From an uncultured Thermoleophilia bacterium (GTDB lineage: Bacteria > Actinomycetota > Thermoleophilia > UBA2241), in assembly GCA_963715985.1 (NCBI GenBank), contig CAVQSP010000012.1:15839-79838 (forward strand): 64,000 nucleotides of DNA, written 5' to 3'. This document shows, in pieces, positions 33,781-45,474 of the stretch. The number at the start of each line of letters is the position of its first letter. Position 1 is the first letter of the stretch. The notes beneath the pieces were generated by a model. The model did not search any database. It saw nothing but the letters and a program-made list of their open reading frames with translations, and had not been told where the DNA came from. The position numbers were made by a program, and so were the translations under genes.

Positions 33781-34946
33781 CTCTCCGCAGCCCGTCTGAG
33801 CAGCTCCCGGTACCTCTCTCCCACCACGGCCGGCGTGTGGCGCGACAGCGCCAGCTCGCGCCCGCTGGAGCCGATCTCGCGGCGGCGCTCAGGCGGCAGG
33901 CGCAGCAGCGACGCCAGCGCCGCCGCCACCTGGTGGACGGAAGTCCCGTCCACCACGGTGCCCGTCCGGCCCTCGAGGACGGCCTCCGGGGCGCCGCCGG
34001 AGCGACCGGCGATCACCGGCAGGCCCATGAGCGCCGCCTCTGCGAAGACGATGCCGAAGCCCTCCACTTCGAACCCGCCCCAGCGGGTACGGCAGGGGGA
34101 GGCGAACAGGTCGGCGGCGCGGAGCCAATCCTTGACGGCGGAGTCCACGAGAGCGCCGGTGAGGTGCACGCGGTCGCCCACCCCGCAGCGCTGGGCGCGG
34201 TCGTACAGGCGCGTGGCCAGGCGCCCCTCGCCGATGACGGCCAGGTGCAGGCGCGGGAACTCGTGGCGAAGCAGCGCGAGCGCGTCGATGAGCTTGTCCT
34301 GGCCCTTGCGCGGCACCAGGCGCCCGAGGCACACCACGAGCTCGCCGTCCACGCCGAGACGCCGCCGCAGCTCGAGCGCCTCGTCGCCGCTCGCGGGGAC
34401 GAACTCGTCCACGTTGAGCGGCGGCCGCAGGACCTCCGCCGGCACGGCGCCACGCACCTGTCGGGAGGCGGCGCGTGCGGTGTACTCGCTCACCGTGAGC
34501 AGCATGGCGGCGTTGCCGAGCACGTGGCGCAACAGCTTGTTGAGGCCGGGCACGGCGCCGGGCAGCGTGACCTCGGCGCCGCCCAGGAAGACGATGTAGG
34601 GGAGCCCGAAGCGCTCCTTGAGCTGCGGCCCCAGCAGGCCCGCGGGCAGCGGGTGGCCGAGCTGGATGAGCTCGGCTCCCACCTTGGCCGCCAGCTCGGC
34701 CGTGTGCTCGAACATCGAGCGTGTGGGCCACAGCACCGCCGTGGATGCACGCACCACCTTGTAGGGATGCGTGGCGTCGAAGGCGGCGGCCTCGACATGG
34801 GCAGGCGCGAGGATGGTGACCTCGGAGGGATCGAGCGTCCTGATGACGCCCCAGTAGTACGACTGGGCGCCACCGATGCGCGGCGGGAAGTCGTTGGTGA
34901 CGAAGAGCGTGCGCGGCGCTCGCCCGGCTGATGCGCTCCCTGTCAG
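33777..34946 (-). CDS. GT4 glycosyltransferase (PimB-like)
   Basis: Frame extends upstream of the listed ORF to VTNDFPPRIGGAQSY; GRLVPRKGQD, EGFGIVFAEA; apparent CTG start. Confidence 0.85.
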   Translation of the reverse strand: MTGSASAGRAPRTLFVTNDFPPRIGGAQSYYWGVIRTLDPSEVTILAPAHVEAAAFDATHPYKVVRASTAVLWPTRSMFEHTAELAAKVGAELIQLGHPLPAGLLGPQLKERFGLPYIVFLGGAEVTLPGAVPGLNKLLRHVLGNAAMLLTVSEYTARAASRQVRGAVPAEVLRPPLNVDEFVPASGDEALELRRRLGVDGELVVCLGRLVPRKGQDKLIDALALLRHEFPRLHLAVIGEGRLATRLYDRAQRCGVGDRVHLTGALVDSAVKDWLRAADLFASPCRTRWGGFEVEGFGIVFAEAALMGLPVIAGRSGGAPEAVLEGRTGTVVDGTSVHQVAAALASLLRLPPERRREIGSSGRELALSRHTPAVVGERYRELLRRAAER

Positions 34947-35288
34947 CTGGTCCTCCCGATCTCGTCCGGCGGGGCCCCGCCGCAGCGAGGGTTCACCACT
35001 CTACCACGCCCGCGCACGAGGGCGGCCGCGGCCGCCCTCGTGCGCCCAGGGCGACGTGGGTGCCTTTCCGGGAGCAGCGTCCGACCAGCCAGAGGAGGAT
35101 AGATGCCCAAGTCGCCGCAGGAGTTGATGGCGGCAATCATGCGCAACCTCGTGGCCGCCACAGCAAGGTCCGAGGATCACGCTCAAGGCGAAGCTTCGTG
35201 GGCCGGACGAGTGGACGACGAGCTCCGTGGCTGGCTGCGCTCCGCTTGCGAGGAGGCCGCCGGCGTCTGACCCGGGTATGACCGCCAG

Positions 35289-36056
35289 CTAGTCCATGTC
35301 GAGGACGCGATCGAGCGCCTCGAGCAGGTCGGCCACCTCGATCGGCTTGGTGAGGAAGGCGGCGGCCCCCGCGTCGAGGCCGGCGGTCTGGTACGCCTGC
35401 GGGTCGCGACCGCTGAGCAGCACGACAGGCATGCCCGCGAGTTGCGGCATGGCGTGCATGCGCTGCATGACGGTGAGCCCGTCGCCGCCGGGCAGGCCGA
35501 TGTCCAGCACCGCCACGTCCGGACGCACGCGCACGGCCGTGGACATGGCGGCGATAGCGTCCGCCGCCGTCGCCACCTCAAGGCCGTAGCGCCGCAGGGC
35601 CGACGACAAGGCGAACAGGAGGTCGCTGTCGTCGTCGACGAGGAGCACCACGCGGCCCGCGAGGTGCTCGTAGGAGGGCGCCGCCCCGCCTTCGTCGCCG
35701 GTCGCCGAGCTCAGCACATCCTCGAGCGCCGCGAGGAGGTCCTCCGGGGTGGCGGGCTTGGTCAGATAGGCGGCGGCGCCGGCGCCCAGCGCCCCCTGCC
35801 TGTACCGCTCCGGGTCGCGGCCCGACAGCACGATGACGGGGATCCCCGCCAGGCTGGGCAGCGCGTGCAGGCGCTGCATCACGGTGGTGCCGTCGCCGCC
35901 CGGCAGGCCGATGTCCATGATCACCGCCTGGGGCCGCTCGCGCATGGCCACGGACACGGCCGACACGGCGTCGGAAGCGACCAGGACCTCGTAGCCGGCA
36001 CGGCGCAGCACGGCGGACTGCACGATCACGAAGTCCTGATCGTCGTCCACGAGCAT
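35289..36056 (-). CDS. Response regulator with two receiver domains and no output domain
   Basis: Two VDDD...DIGLPGGDG...SG...TKP repeats. Confidence 0.85.
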   Translation of the reverse strand: MLVDDDQDFVIVQSAVLRRAGYEVLVASDAVSAVSVAMRERPQAVIMDIGLPGGDGTTVMQRLHALPSLAGIPVIVLSGRDPERYRQGALGAGAAAYLTKPATPEDLLAALEDVLSSATGDEGGAAPSYEHLAGRVVLLVDDDSDLLFALSSALRRYGLEVATAADAIAAMSTAVRVRPDVAVLDIGLPGGDGLTVMQRMHAMPQLAGMPVVLLSGRDPQAYQTAGLDAGAAAFLTKPIEVADLLEALDRVLDMD

Positions 36057-36133
36057 GACCCGTGTCTTCGAGATGGGTGACCTCCCGGCGGTAGAGGGCC
36101 GTGCTACGGCTTCGGCGCGCGAGGCCGTTTCCC

Positions 36134-36865
36134 TTATCCGGGCGCCGCGGGGAGCGTCACGGTGACCGTCGTACCGTCGCCCGTCGCACTGTCCAATTCG
36201 ATGATCCCGCCGTTGAGCTCGGCGAGCCGCCGGCAGGTCCACAGGCCCGCGCCGAGCCCGGGGACGCCGGCCTCCCGGGCAGCCTCGCCGCGGAAGCCGA
36301 AGTCGAAGGCCTGCCGGACGTCCTCGGCGCACAGGCCGGGTCCCTCGTCGCGGACGGCGAGGATCGCGACCGCACCATCCGCGCCGCCGCGCACCTCCAC
36401 GGTCACGGCGCGCCCCGGCGCGTACCGCACGGCGTTGTCCACCAGGTCGCGGACGATGCACCGCACGTGCTCGCGGTCTGCCCACGCCAGCGCGTCCGGC
36501 CCGTCCGCCACGACCCGCAGGTCCTGGGCGCCGTCTCCGGCCTTGAGGCGGGACACCACCTCATCGGCCACCTCCCGCAGCGAGACCACGGCCGGCTCGA
36601 GAGGGGCCGCCGCGCAGTCGAGCCAGCCGCTCTCGGCGCAGGAGACCACGAGCGCGTGCAGCCGTCCGACGTTGCGCTCCATCATCTCGAGGTACTCACG
36701 CTGGGTGGCCGTGAGCGGTCCCGCCGTCTCGTCGCGCAGCAACGAGAGCAGGGGGTACATCACGGCCAGCGGTGCACGCAGCTCGTGGCGCACGTGCGAC
36801 TGGCGTTCGCGGGCCGCCTCGCGCTCGCCGGGCTCAGGCCCGCTCGCCGGCCGGGGCTCGCTCAC
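36134..36865 (-). CDS. Histidine kinase lacking a sensor domain (HisKA + HATPase_c)
   Basis: HELRAPL, LVDNAVRY, DEGPG, GLGAGL. Confidence 0.82.
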   Translation of the reverse strand: MSEPRPASGPEPGEREAARERQSHVRHELRAPLAVMYPLLSLLRDETAGPLTATQREYLEMMERNVGRLHALVVSCAESGWLDCAAAPLEPAVVSLREVADEVVSRLKAGDGAQDLRVVADGPDALAWADREHVRCIVRDLVDNAVRYAPGRAVTVEVRGGADGAVAILAVRDEGPGLCAEDVRQAFDFGFRGEAAREAGVPGLGAGLWTCRRLAELNGGIIELDSATGDGTTVTVTLPAAPG

Positions 36866-36901
36866 CTCAGGGTCCCTGCCTCACGCTCTCACCGGGGAGC
36901 G

Positions 36902-37330
36902 TCATTGCGCGGAGAAGATCAGCGACTCGTTGCCGTTCGCGTCGCTCAACGTCAGCGTGTCGCCGTCCACGGCTGCCGACCTGGCCTCGGCGAGCAGCTT
37001 GAAGTACGTGGACTCCGCCTGCATGTCCGGCTCCGGACCTGCCATCTTGGTGCTCGCGACGGCCCCCACGGAGAAGGCGTCGTCCGGGCCTACGCTGTAC
37101 GGCCCGCTGTAGGAATTGACCGCGGCCTTGCCGCTGATCTGCCCGTCCTTGAACTCAGCGGTGATGGTGAAGTCGTTGGGATCCTGCGCGCTCACGGACC
37201 AGCCCGTGAGCTTCCACGAGGTGCCGTCCAGCTCCGGAGTGCCGCCACCGCTGGATCCGCAGGCGACCACCAGGGACGCGAGCGCCCCGAGCACCACCGC
37301 CACCGCCGCGACACGCACGAACAGCCTCAT
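36902..37330 (-). CDS. META-domain (HslJ-like) lipoprotein
   Basis: LVVAC lipobox, [22 protein letters not shown]. Confidence 0.75.
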   Translation of the reverse strand: MRLFVRVAAVAVVLGALASLVVACGSSGGGTPELDGTSWKLTGWSVSAQDPNDFTITAEFKDGQISGKAAVNSYSGPYSVGPDDAFSVGAVASTKMAGPEPDMQAESTYFKLLAEARSAAVDGDTLTLSDANGNESLIFSAQ

Positions 37331-37460
37331 CACAGCCCCTTTCGCAGTCAGCCCCAGACCCGGTGAGCGTACCACAGGGCGACACGAGCCCAGCCTCCCG
37401 CGCGACCATGCGCGGAGGTGCGACGTCCGGACTGCGCCGAAGGAGGTCCACAACGAAGAA

Positions 37461-37494
37461 AGGACCGTGCGGCTCGACTGAGCCGCACGGTCCT
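37461..37494 (-). terminator. Intrinsic terminator of the csp gene
   Basis: aggaccgtgcggctc / gagccgcacggtcct 15-bp stem followed by T-rich tail on minus strand. Confidence 0.8.
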
Positions 37495-37521
37495 CAAAGT
37501 ACGCTACGGAAGGCGCGTGTC

Positions 37522-37728
37522 CTAGGAGACGACCCGGACGTTCGTCGCCTGCGGCTTGTTGTTCTTGCCGGTGCCCGTGTCGAACGTGACGGCCTGACCC
37601 TCGTCGAGGGACTTGAAGCCCTCGCTCTGGATCTCCGAGAAGTGGACGAACAAGTCGTCACCATCAGCCTGCTCGATGAATCCGTAACCCTTGTCCGCGT
37701 TGAACCACTTCACTTTGCCTTGTGCCAT
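37522..37728 (-). CDS. Cold-shock protein (CspA family)
   Basis: [21 protein letters not shown]. Confidence 0.95.
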   Translation of the reverse strand: MAQGKVKWFNADKGYGFIEQADGDDLFVHFSEIQSEGFKSLDEGQAVTFDTGTGKNNKPQATNVRVVS

Positions 37729-38097
37729 GCTTATCAATCCTTTCGCCCTCACGGGGCAAAACAAAACGACGTGACTTCCGCCGAAGAAATGCGGTGTGTC
37801 ACGTCGCAATCCTGCGGGCCCACTCGACCCATGCACAGTCATCTTAGCACAGACCTGCCCGCGGCGCTCGAGACGGGAGCGGACGTCGCCGCTCAAAGGC
37901 GTGCGCCGGGGGCCCGCATGGCTTCGGCACCCCGACGCTGCTACACTGGATGCCTCGCATCGCCCGTCGCCCGACGTCCCCAGTCTGCTTGTACAGGCGC
38001 CCTGCCACCCGCGGCGAGAGGCCCGCGCCCGCGCGCCGGCATCACCACCGCGGTGGCCATCTCCTTGGCCCGCGTACCACGAACCGCAGGAGTCAGC

Positions 38098-39216
<1,119 letters not shown>

Positions 39217-39251
39217 GGGACCGCGCGGTGCGGCCGAGCCCGCGCTGAGCC

Positions 39252-39590
39252 TCAGGCAGCGGCCAGTTCCGTGGCGACCGTCGCAAGAAGGTCGAGGCCG
39301 GCGGCATACTGCGCCACGCCGCCGTGTGACCGGCTGTCGAACGGCTGGCTGCGCCAGTAGCGCGCGACCAGCCCGCGCGCCACGCCGTCGCTCACGTACT
39401 CCATCTGAAGGAGCGCGCGGGACCCTGAGACGGGTACGCTGGACGACCTGGAGACGCGGGGGCAGACGACGGTGGTCATCTCGAACAGGCGCCCGCGGTA
39501 GAGCAACTCGCGGATGCCGGGCGCCGCTATGCAGCGCGTGTGATCGTCGTCGGGGATTCCTTCGGAGTCGTTCTGCCAGTGCCAGAGCAT
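39252..39590 (-). CDS. Hypothetical protein (tandem paralog 1)
   Basis: W.W.ND...PDDDH.RCIAAPG motif shared with neighbour; GAGGAG RBS. Confidence 0.65.
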   Translation of the reverse strand: MLWHWQNDSEGIPDDDHTRCIAAPGIRELLYRGRLFEMTTVVCPRVSRSSSVPVSGSRALLQMEYVSDGVARGLVARYWRSQPFDSRSHGGVAQYAAGLDLLATVATELAAA

Positions 39591-39669
39591 GTCTGCACTC
39601 CTCTTGTCGGGCTTGGGCCAGCGTGCCGTCGAGAGAAGCCGCGTCGGTCTTGCTGTCTGAGTGTACCCG

Positions 39670-40179
39670 CTAGCGGAGGTCGTCACCGCAGCCGATCGTG
39701 AGTGGCAGCAAAGAGGGGCGGGGGGCACGGCGTGCGTGTCCGGCCGGGCGCCTTCCGGCCGGTCGCGGAGTCTGCTCCGGGAAGTCACCCGCGACGCGCA
39801 CGGGTGACATGGTCGTGCGGGCATCCGCCGAGCCGGCGGCCATCGCACGCTCCATGCTCGCGAACAGGGCGAGGCCGGCCGCTTGCTGGGCCTCGCCGCC
39901 GCGCGACCCGTCGTCGAAGCGATCGCTGCCCCAGGACTCCTGCGCCAGCCCCCTCGCCCAGTCGACGCCGCGATACTCGATATGCAGCGTCGAGAAGGCC
40001 CCGCCCGCACACCCGGCGTGCGAGTCGGAGAGGTGGAGGCAGGGACGCGTCGTCAGCGTGAACAGCTGCGCGCCGCGGGCGAGGACACGCTCACCGGGCG
40101 CGGCGATGCAGCGTGCATGATCGTCATCGGGGAGGTCGTCGGGATCGTTCGCCCACACCCACTGCAACGGGACCTTCAC
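39670..40179 (-). CDS. Hypothetical protein (tandem paralog 2)
   Basis: WVWANDPDDLPDDDHARCIAAPG; GAGGAG RBS. Confidence 0.65.
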   Translation of the reverse strand: MKVPLQWVWANDPDDLPDDDHARCIAAPGERVLARGAQLFTLTTRPCLHLSDSHAGCAGGAFSTLHIEYRGVDWARGLAQESWGSDRFDDGSRGGEAQQAAGLALFASMERAMAAGSADARTTMSPVRVAGDFPEQTPRPAGRRPAGHARRAPRPSLLPLTIGCGDDLR

Positions 40180-40247
40180 ACCGGCACTCCTCGCCTCGGC
40201 CTTGGGGCCAGCGTGCCGTCGAGCGAAGCCGCGCAGGTTTGACTTTC

Positions 40248-41003
40248 CTAGTATATACCTCGGCGCCTCACGCTGCGGGCGCGGCGCCGTAGACCTCCTC
40301 GAGCATGCGCCCCATGAGCGCGCAGTTCGGCGGCGCCGTCACCGGCGAACGCCGAGCCGTGCATCGTGGCGCACACGCGCGGCTGCCAGGCAGCGAGCCG
40401 CTCGATGCGAGCCCTCGTCTGCGGGGTCCATGGGATGTACCAGTCCATCGGCGTGCCGCGCGAGCCTTCGAGCATCGCTCGCATCGCCGGGACGCGGCTC
40501 TCCGTGGTCGTCGCGGCCACATCGCCGACCTGATGCAGCAGGTCCGAGCAGAAGAGGACGCCGGCCGTCTCGTCGTAGAGGTGGCCGGCGTCCCAACCGT
40601 GCGGCAGGTGCGGCGTGGCCAGAAAGCGCAGGCGATGGGTGCCGGTCGAGAACGTCTCCGCGTCGCCGAGTCGCCGCACCGTGCGGAAGGCGAAGTCGCC
40701 GACGCTCACGAGCGCACCGGTGGCGCTGCACGCGACCTGCGCGTCCCGCGCCTCCTGCAGCCAGTAGTTCAGGGCGCCGCACTCGTCCGCCTCGAAGTGG
40801 CTGAAGGCGATCCAGCGCAGGGACCCCGGATCGACGACCGTGCCGACGGCGTCGCGTACGCGTTCGAACATGCGCCGCGTGCCCGTGTGGTACAGCAGAG
40901 GCTGCTCGTCGCGGATGAGGAACTGGCGGAACTGCAGGTCGGCCTGCGCGATGTAGGTGCAGATGCTGAAGACGTCCGGGGCTATCTCTGTGATGGTCGT
41001 CAT
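40248..41003 (-). CDS. MBL-fold metalloprotein (FprA/ODP-like), C-terminal frameshift likely
   Basis: SHFEADECG, TPHLPHGWD, LFCSDL, MHG. Confidence 0.75.
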   Translation of the reverse strand: MTTITEIAPDVFSICTYIAQADLQFRQFLIRDEQPLLYHTGTRRMFERVRDAVGTVVDPGSLRWIAFSHFEADECGALNYWLQEARDAQVACSATGALVSVGDFAFRTVRRLGDAETFSTGTHRLRFLATPHLPHGWDAGHLYDETAGVLFCSDLLHQVGDVAATTTESRVPAMRAMLEGSRGTPMDWYIPWTPQTRARIERLAAWQPRVCATMHGSAFAGDGAAELRAHGAHARGGLRRRARSVRRRGIY

Positions 41004-41033
41004 CGTGCGCTCGCTTTCTGCCGCCCGGGGTAT

Positions 41034-41300
41034 CTACGATGGCCAGTCGGACTGTTCCCCGTTGCTGCGGCAAGGCGCCGTTGACGGCGATGCCGCGAAG
41101 GCTGGCCGCGTGTGGCCGCATCCGATCGGGGCCGGCAGCGTCGCTGCGGCGATCTCGTCGATCGTCACTATCGCGCCGCTCTCCAAGGCGTCGGTCGCCC
41201 GGAGGTCACCCACCTGGGACCAGTGCACGGCCTCGATTCCTCGCGTGGCCAAGAACTCCACCCACCTCGGTGGGAGGTTCACGTCCACGACGAGCTTCAT
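41034..41300 (-). pseudogene. DUF5615 PIN-like toxin, apparently internally deleted
   Basis: MKLVVDVNLPPRW...AVHWSQVG..ATD jumps straight to ALESGAIVTID; the usual central T.D.DF segment is missing. Confidence 0.65.
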
Positions 41301-41536
41301 GAGGCCGTGAGCGGGAGCTCGATCTCCTCGGATCGCCAAGCCGCGTACGCAAGGGCGGCCTGGATGTCTTCCTTCTCCAGATAGGGATACGCGCGAAAGA
41401 CGTCATCGAAGCTGTGGCCGGCACCCAGCAGACCCACGACAATGCCGACCGTGAGGCGCATGCCGCGTATGCAGGGTCTCCCCCCCATCACAGCCGGGTC
41501 GTGAGTTATGCGGGAAAGGACGTCTGCGGATGTCAT
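41297..41536 (-). CDS. DUF433 antitoxin
   Basis: RITHDPAVMGGRPCIRGMRLTV...AYPYLEKEDIQAALAYAA. Confidence 0.9.
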   Translation of the reverse strand: MTSADVLSRITHDPAVMGGRPCIRGMRLTVGIVVGLLGAGHSFDDVFRAYPYLEKEDIQAALAYAAWRSEEIELPLTAS

Positions 41537-41651
41537 GAACGTGAGCCTACTCCATGCAGCCCGGAGACGGGGTGCCGGGTCTGCAAGGCCGAACGAACAC
41601 CCGCAGGCGGTCGCCGCGGGCTCACTTGCCGATCAGCGGTTGCGAGAAGCC

Positions 41652-42035
41652 CTAGGGAAAGTTCAGGTCTCGTTGCGCGCGGCCGAACCTTCGCAGTGCC
41701 GCCTCGACCTCGAGCCAGGCGAGCTCGCCGGCCGGCGCTCCCAGGGCGCGGGCGGCGATCGCCTCGCGGGCCTCGGCAATGCCGGGCAAGAATCGCGAGG
41801 TGGCGATGACCACGGAGAGGCAGGCGCTTGCCTCCTCGTAGACGAAGTCGAGGAGGAAGGCGACGCAGACCGCCACCGTCTCCGGCTCGAGCTCCCGGCG
41901 CGGGTAAGCTGCCTTCAGGCGGGCGACGCGGCGCCCTGCCTGATCCGGGCTCAAGGGCTCCACGTTGCCGGTGAAGGCGAGGATATCGGCGGCGGACAGG
42001 CCGCGCCGCCTTCCGTTGCCGGCCGCCGCCGGCAC
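41652..42035 (-). CDS. Hypothetical protein resembling phage helicase loader/inhibitor N-terminal domain
   Basis: LKAAYP...L.D..YE.A...TSRFLPGIAE pattern, recalled resemblance only. Confidence 0.4.
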   Translation of the reverse strand: MPAAAGNGRRRGLSAADILAFTGNVEPLSPDQAGRRVARLKAAYPRRELEPETVAVCVAFLLDFVYEEASACLSVVIATSRFLPGIAEAREAIAARALGAPAGELAWLEVEAALRRFGRAQRDLNFP

Positions 42036-42187
42036 GCCGCCCGCGAAGTCCAGGTAGCGGCAGTCGGGACCGACGGACTCTCATACCTTTCCTTTTCTCC
42101 CAATAGGTGACGATTAAGCCCTTCATTTCTCCTGAAGTTACGCCAGAAAAGCCTTTCCTTCTGCCTCGACTCGCCTGCGATAGGCCC

Positions 42188-43491
42188 ATGCGCAGACTCG
42201 TGGCAGAGCGGCTCCTCGCCTGGAAGAACGCGCCCGACCGTCACCCCCTGCTGGTGCGCGGCGCGCGCCAAGTGGGCAAGACCTGGTCGGTCGTCGACTT
42301 CGGCCGAGCGCACTTCCCCGGAGCCGTCCACGTGATCGACTTCGAGCAGCGCCCCGCCGCGCGCGACTACTTCCAGGGCGATCTCGATCCGCGCAAGGTC
42401 CTATCCGGGCTGGAACTGCTGCTCGGAGCCCCGGTGAGGGCGGGCCGCGACCTCCTCTTCCTCGATGAGATCCAGGCGTGCCCACGAGCGCTGGTCGCGC
42501 TCCGCTACTTCTACGAGCAGATGCCGGAGCTGCACGTGGTCGCCGCAGGCTCCCTGGTGGAGTTCGCTTTGGCGCAGATCTCCTTCCCCGTCGGGCGCAT
42601 CGACTACTTGACCATGTGGCCCATGACCTTCGTGGAATACCTGTGGGCGATAGGTAACGAGATGATGGCCGAGGTCGTGCTCGCAGGCCCGCGCGCGCAA
42701 CCCGAGACCACCCACACGCTCGTGCTCGAGGAGCTGCGCCGCTACCTCTACGCCGGCGGCATGCCGGCGGCGGTGAGCGCCTACGCTGCAGGCCTCAGTC
42801 TGCGGGCGGCCTTCGCTCGTCAGGACGCCCTGGTGCAGAGCTACCGCGATGACTTCGGCAAGTACGCATCCGAGAGCGACCAAGCGCTGCCTGGACGAAG
42901 TGCTCGTCGCCACGGCCCGCAGCGTCGGCCGGCCGGTCAAGTACGCGCGGCTGGCCCCCGGTTTCAGAAACGAGGCGATCCACGCGGCCTTCGACCTACT
43001 GTCAAAGGCCGGCCTGCTGCGTTCGCTGCCCACCACGAGCCCGGCTGGGCTGCCACTGGCGCTCTCGGCCAACCACCGGCGCTTCAAGGCGCTGCTCCTC
43101 GACGTCGGACTGCTGCAGCGCCTCTCCGGCATGCCCGCCGACACCGAGTACGGCAAGGCGAGTCTTCTCGCTATGTACTCGGGTGCGCTGGCCGAACAGT
43201 TCGTCGGCCAGGAGCTCGTGGTTTCGCTGGGGGATCAGGTGTACTGCTGGATGCGGCCCGCAGAAGAGCAGCTCGGCCGAGGTCGACTACCTGGTCGCCT
43301 CCGACGGAAGGGTCGTCCCGATCGAGGTGAAGAGCGGGCCGTCGGGTCGTCTGCGTAGCCTGCACCTGCTGCTCGCGGAGTACCCGCGGTGTGCGCCCGG
43401 CCTCGTGCTCTCCGAAGCGCCCTACGCTGAGCTTCCGGGGCAGGGCTTGGTCTTCGTGCCCCTGTACTACGCCGGCACGCTCTTCGGCTGA
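42188..43491 (+). CDS. AAA_14 ATPase with DUF4143 domain, two frameshifts
   Basis: GARQVGKT, LFLDEIQ, AAGSL, GGMP, DVGLL, EVDY...PIEVKSG. Confidence 0.85.
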
Positions 43492-43581
43492 GCGAAGCTC
43501 CGCGGGAGCATCCCACGGCCGTCGTGGGCGCGCGTGCGATCAGGCGGACTCCCTCGACGCCGATGCTCTCGAGCGGACTGG

Positions 43582-43815
43582 TCAGACGTCGCCCGCCTCC
43601 GGCTCAGCATCGCGCACCTTCGCCATGGCGCTCTCGAACTTGCCGCGATCGCCGCGAGCTGCGCGCTCCTCGAGGTAGTCGACGGTCATCAGCGCCGACA
43701 TCTTCTCAGCGAGCGCGGTGGTGATGAGCTGGTTGATGGAGATGTCCTCCGCCTTCGCGAGCTCGCGCACCTTCTTGTGGAGAGACTCCGGCAGACGCAG
43801 ACTGATGGTGCTCAT
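43582..43815 (-). CDS. Ribbon-helix-helix (HicB-like) antitoxin
   Basis: STISLRLPESLH...ISINQLITTALAEK. Confidence 0.85.
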   Translation of the reverse strand: MSTISLRLPESLHKKVRELAKAEDISINQLITTALAEKMSALMTVDYLEERAARGDRGKFESAMAKVRDAEPEAGDV

Positions 43816-44237
43816 GTTGAACCTCCGATCCTTCTCAGAAACTCTCCGGGCGCGACGGCTGTGACGCCGAAGCGCTCAGAGCCGGCGAAATCCCGAGAGT
43901 TGAAGGTGACGACGAACTCGCATCCCGCTTCCACAGCGAGCTCGAGCACGTGGTCGTCGCCCGGGTCCCGCAAGACCGGGCGCCACAGGAAGTAGATCTG
44001 CTGGTGGTGGGCGACGCTGCACAGGTAGTCGATGATGTCGTCGACTTCCTCGTTGGAGAGGTCGGTCGCCGCCGACATGCGCTTGGCAGCGTCCTCATAC
44101 TCGAGAACAAGCGGGACGGAAAGGGCGATCTGGAACTCCGCTCCGCCGACGAGCATCACGAGGCGGTGCGAGGCGCCCTCGGACGAGCGCAGGGCCGAGA
44201 CGAACACGGTAGTGTCGATGACAATTCGAGTGCCCAT
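43812..44237 (-). CDS. PIN-domain toxin
   Basis: IVIDTTVFVSAL, LEYE, RDPGDDHVLELA, VTFNSRDF. Confidence 0.88.
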   Translation of the reverse strand: MGTRIVIDTTVFVSALRSSEGASHRLVMLVGGAEFQIALSVPLVLEYEDAAKRMSAATDLSNEEVDDIIDYLCSVAHHQQIYFLWRPVLRDPGDDHVLELAVEAGCEFVVTFNSRDFAGSERFGVTAVAPGEFLRRIGGST

Positions 44238-44312
44238 GGTGGTATTATATACGATACCGCGAAGTGAGTCGCGTGGGTGGGACGATACCATCGGGCGCTC
44301 ACGACAGCGAAG

Positions 44313-45474
44313 CTAGAGCAGCGCCCCGATCAGCTCTCGCACGCGCGCCATCGACTCCTCGTTGACGTGTGAGTACGTGGCCCGCAGCACATTCGACGAG
44401 GAGTGGCCGAGGATGCGCGAGAGCTCCTCGTCGGGGATGAGCCCGCGGAGCAGGGTCGCATAGGTGTGCCGACACACGTAGGGCGACTTGTCGGCGAATG
44501 GCATCCCGGCGAGCTCACGATTCCACGCCTGCCGGAACGCCTGCACCGTCCAGGGCCCGCCCGGCTTCTTTCGGCGGTCGAGCGAAGGGAACACGAGGCC
44601 GTTGTCCGCCCACCGCCCAGTCTTCAGGCGCAAAGCGCGCTGTTCGGCGAGGTGTCTGCCGAGCATGACGACCACGTCCGGCGGCAGCGGCACGACACGT
44701 TGGCCGCGCTTGGTCTTCACGTTCTTGAGGTGCGCCGCCCGCTTGCCGACCTTCTCCAGCGACTGGTGGATCCGCGCCGTCTGCTTGGCGCGGTCGACAT
44801 CGTTCCACGCAGCGCCAGCGCCTCACCAGGCCGGACGCCGGTGCCAAGCAGGAAGACGGCCACGTCCCTGACCGCGCGTCCCTTGAGGTGTCGGAGAAGG
44901 CCTCAAGAAGCGCATGGACATCGTCGGCCGTCAGCACTTCCTTCTCGGGAGTGTCGACGGACGGAACCTTGACGGCCGAGCAGGGGTTCCAGGTGATGAG
45001 TCCGTCGACCGCCGCCTGAGAGAGGATCGCGGAGAGGCGGACGGCGACCTTGCGAGCGCTCGTGCCGGACAGCCCCTTGCGCACGCGGCCGTCAGCAAGC
45101 TGCCGGTCTGCCCGGATCTCGCCGTAGAAGCGGCGCACCACGGCCGGCGTGATGTCGCTGAGGAGCAAAGTGCCGAGGCGCGGCACAATGTGGGTGTCGA
45201 TAACGTAGGCCCAGTGGTCGGCCGTCTTGGGCTCTGGTCTCATGTCGCGGAGAGCGGCCTCGTACCACTCCTCGCAGTATGCGGCGAACTCGCCTTCTGC
45301 CCGGCTGACGAGCTTGCCGTTGTCGCGCCGGTGAAGAAGCTCACGCTCTACGCGTCTGGCATCGGTCTCCGTGCCGTGGACAGGCTTCGTGACGGTCGGC
45401 CGCGAGCCGTCGGGCTGGCGGGGCAGCCTGACCCTGACCTGGTGCATGTTCTTGCCGAGTCTGTGGACGCTCAT
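44313..45474 (-). CDS. Tyrosine recombinase/integrase, frameshifted
   Basis: SAM-like domain (HIVPRLG, NPC), KT, RHTYAT, LGHS...TYSH. Confidence 0.85.
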
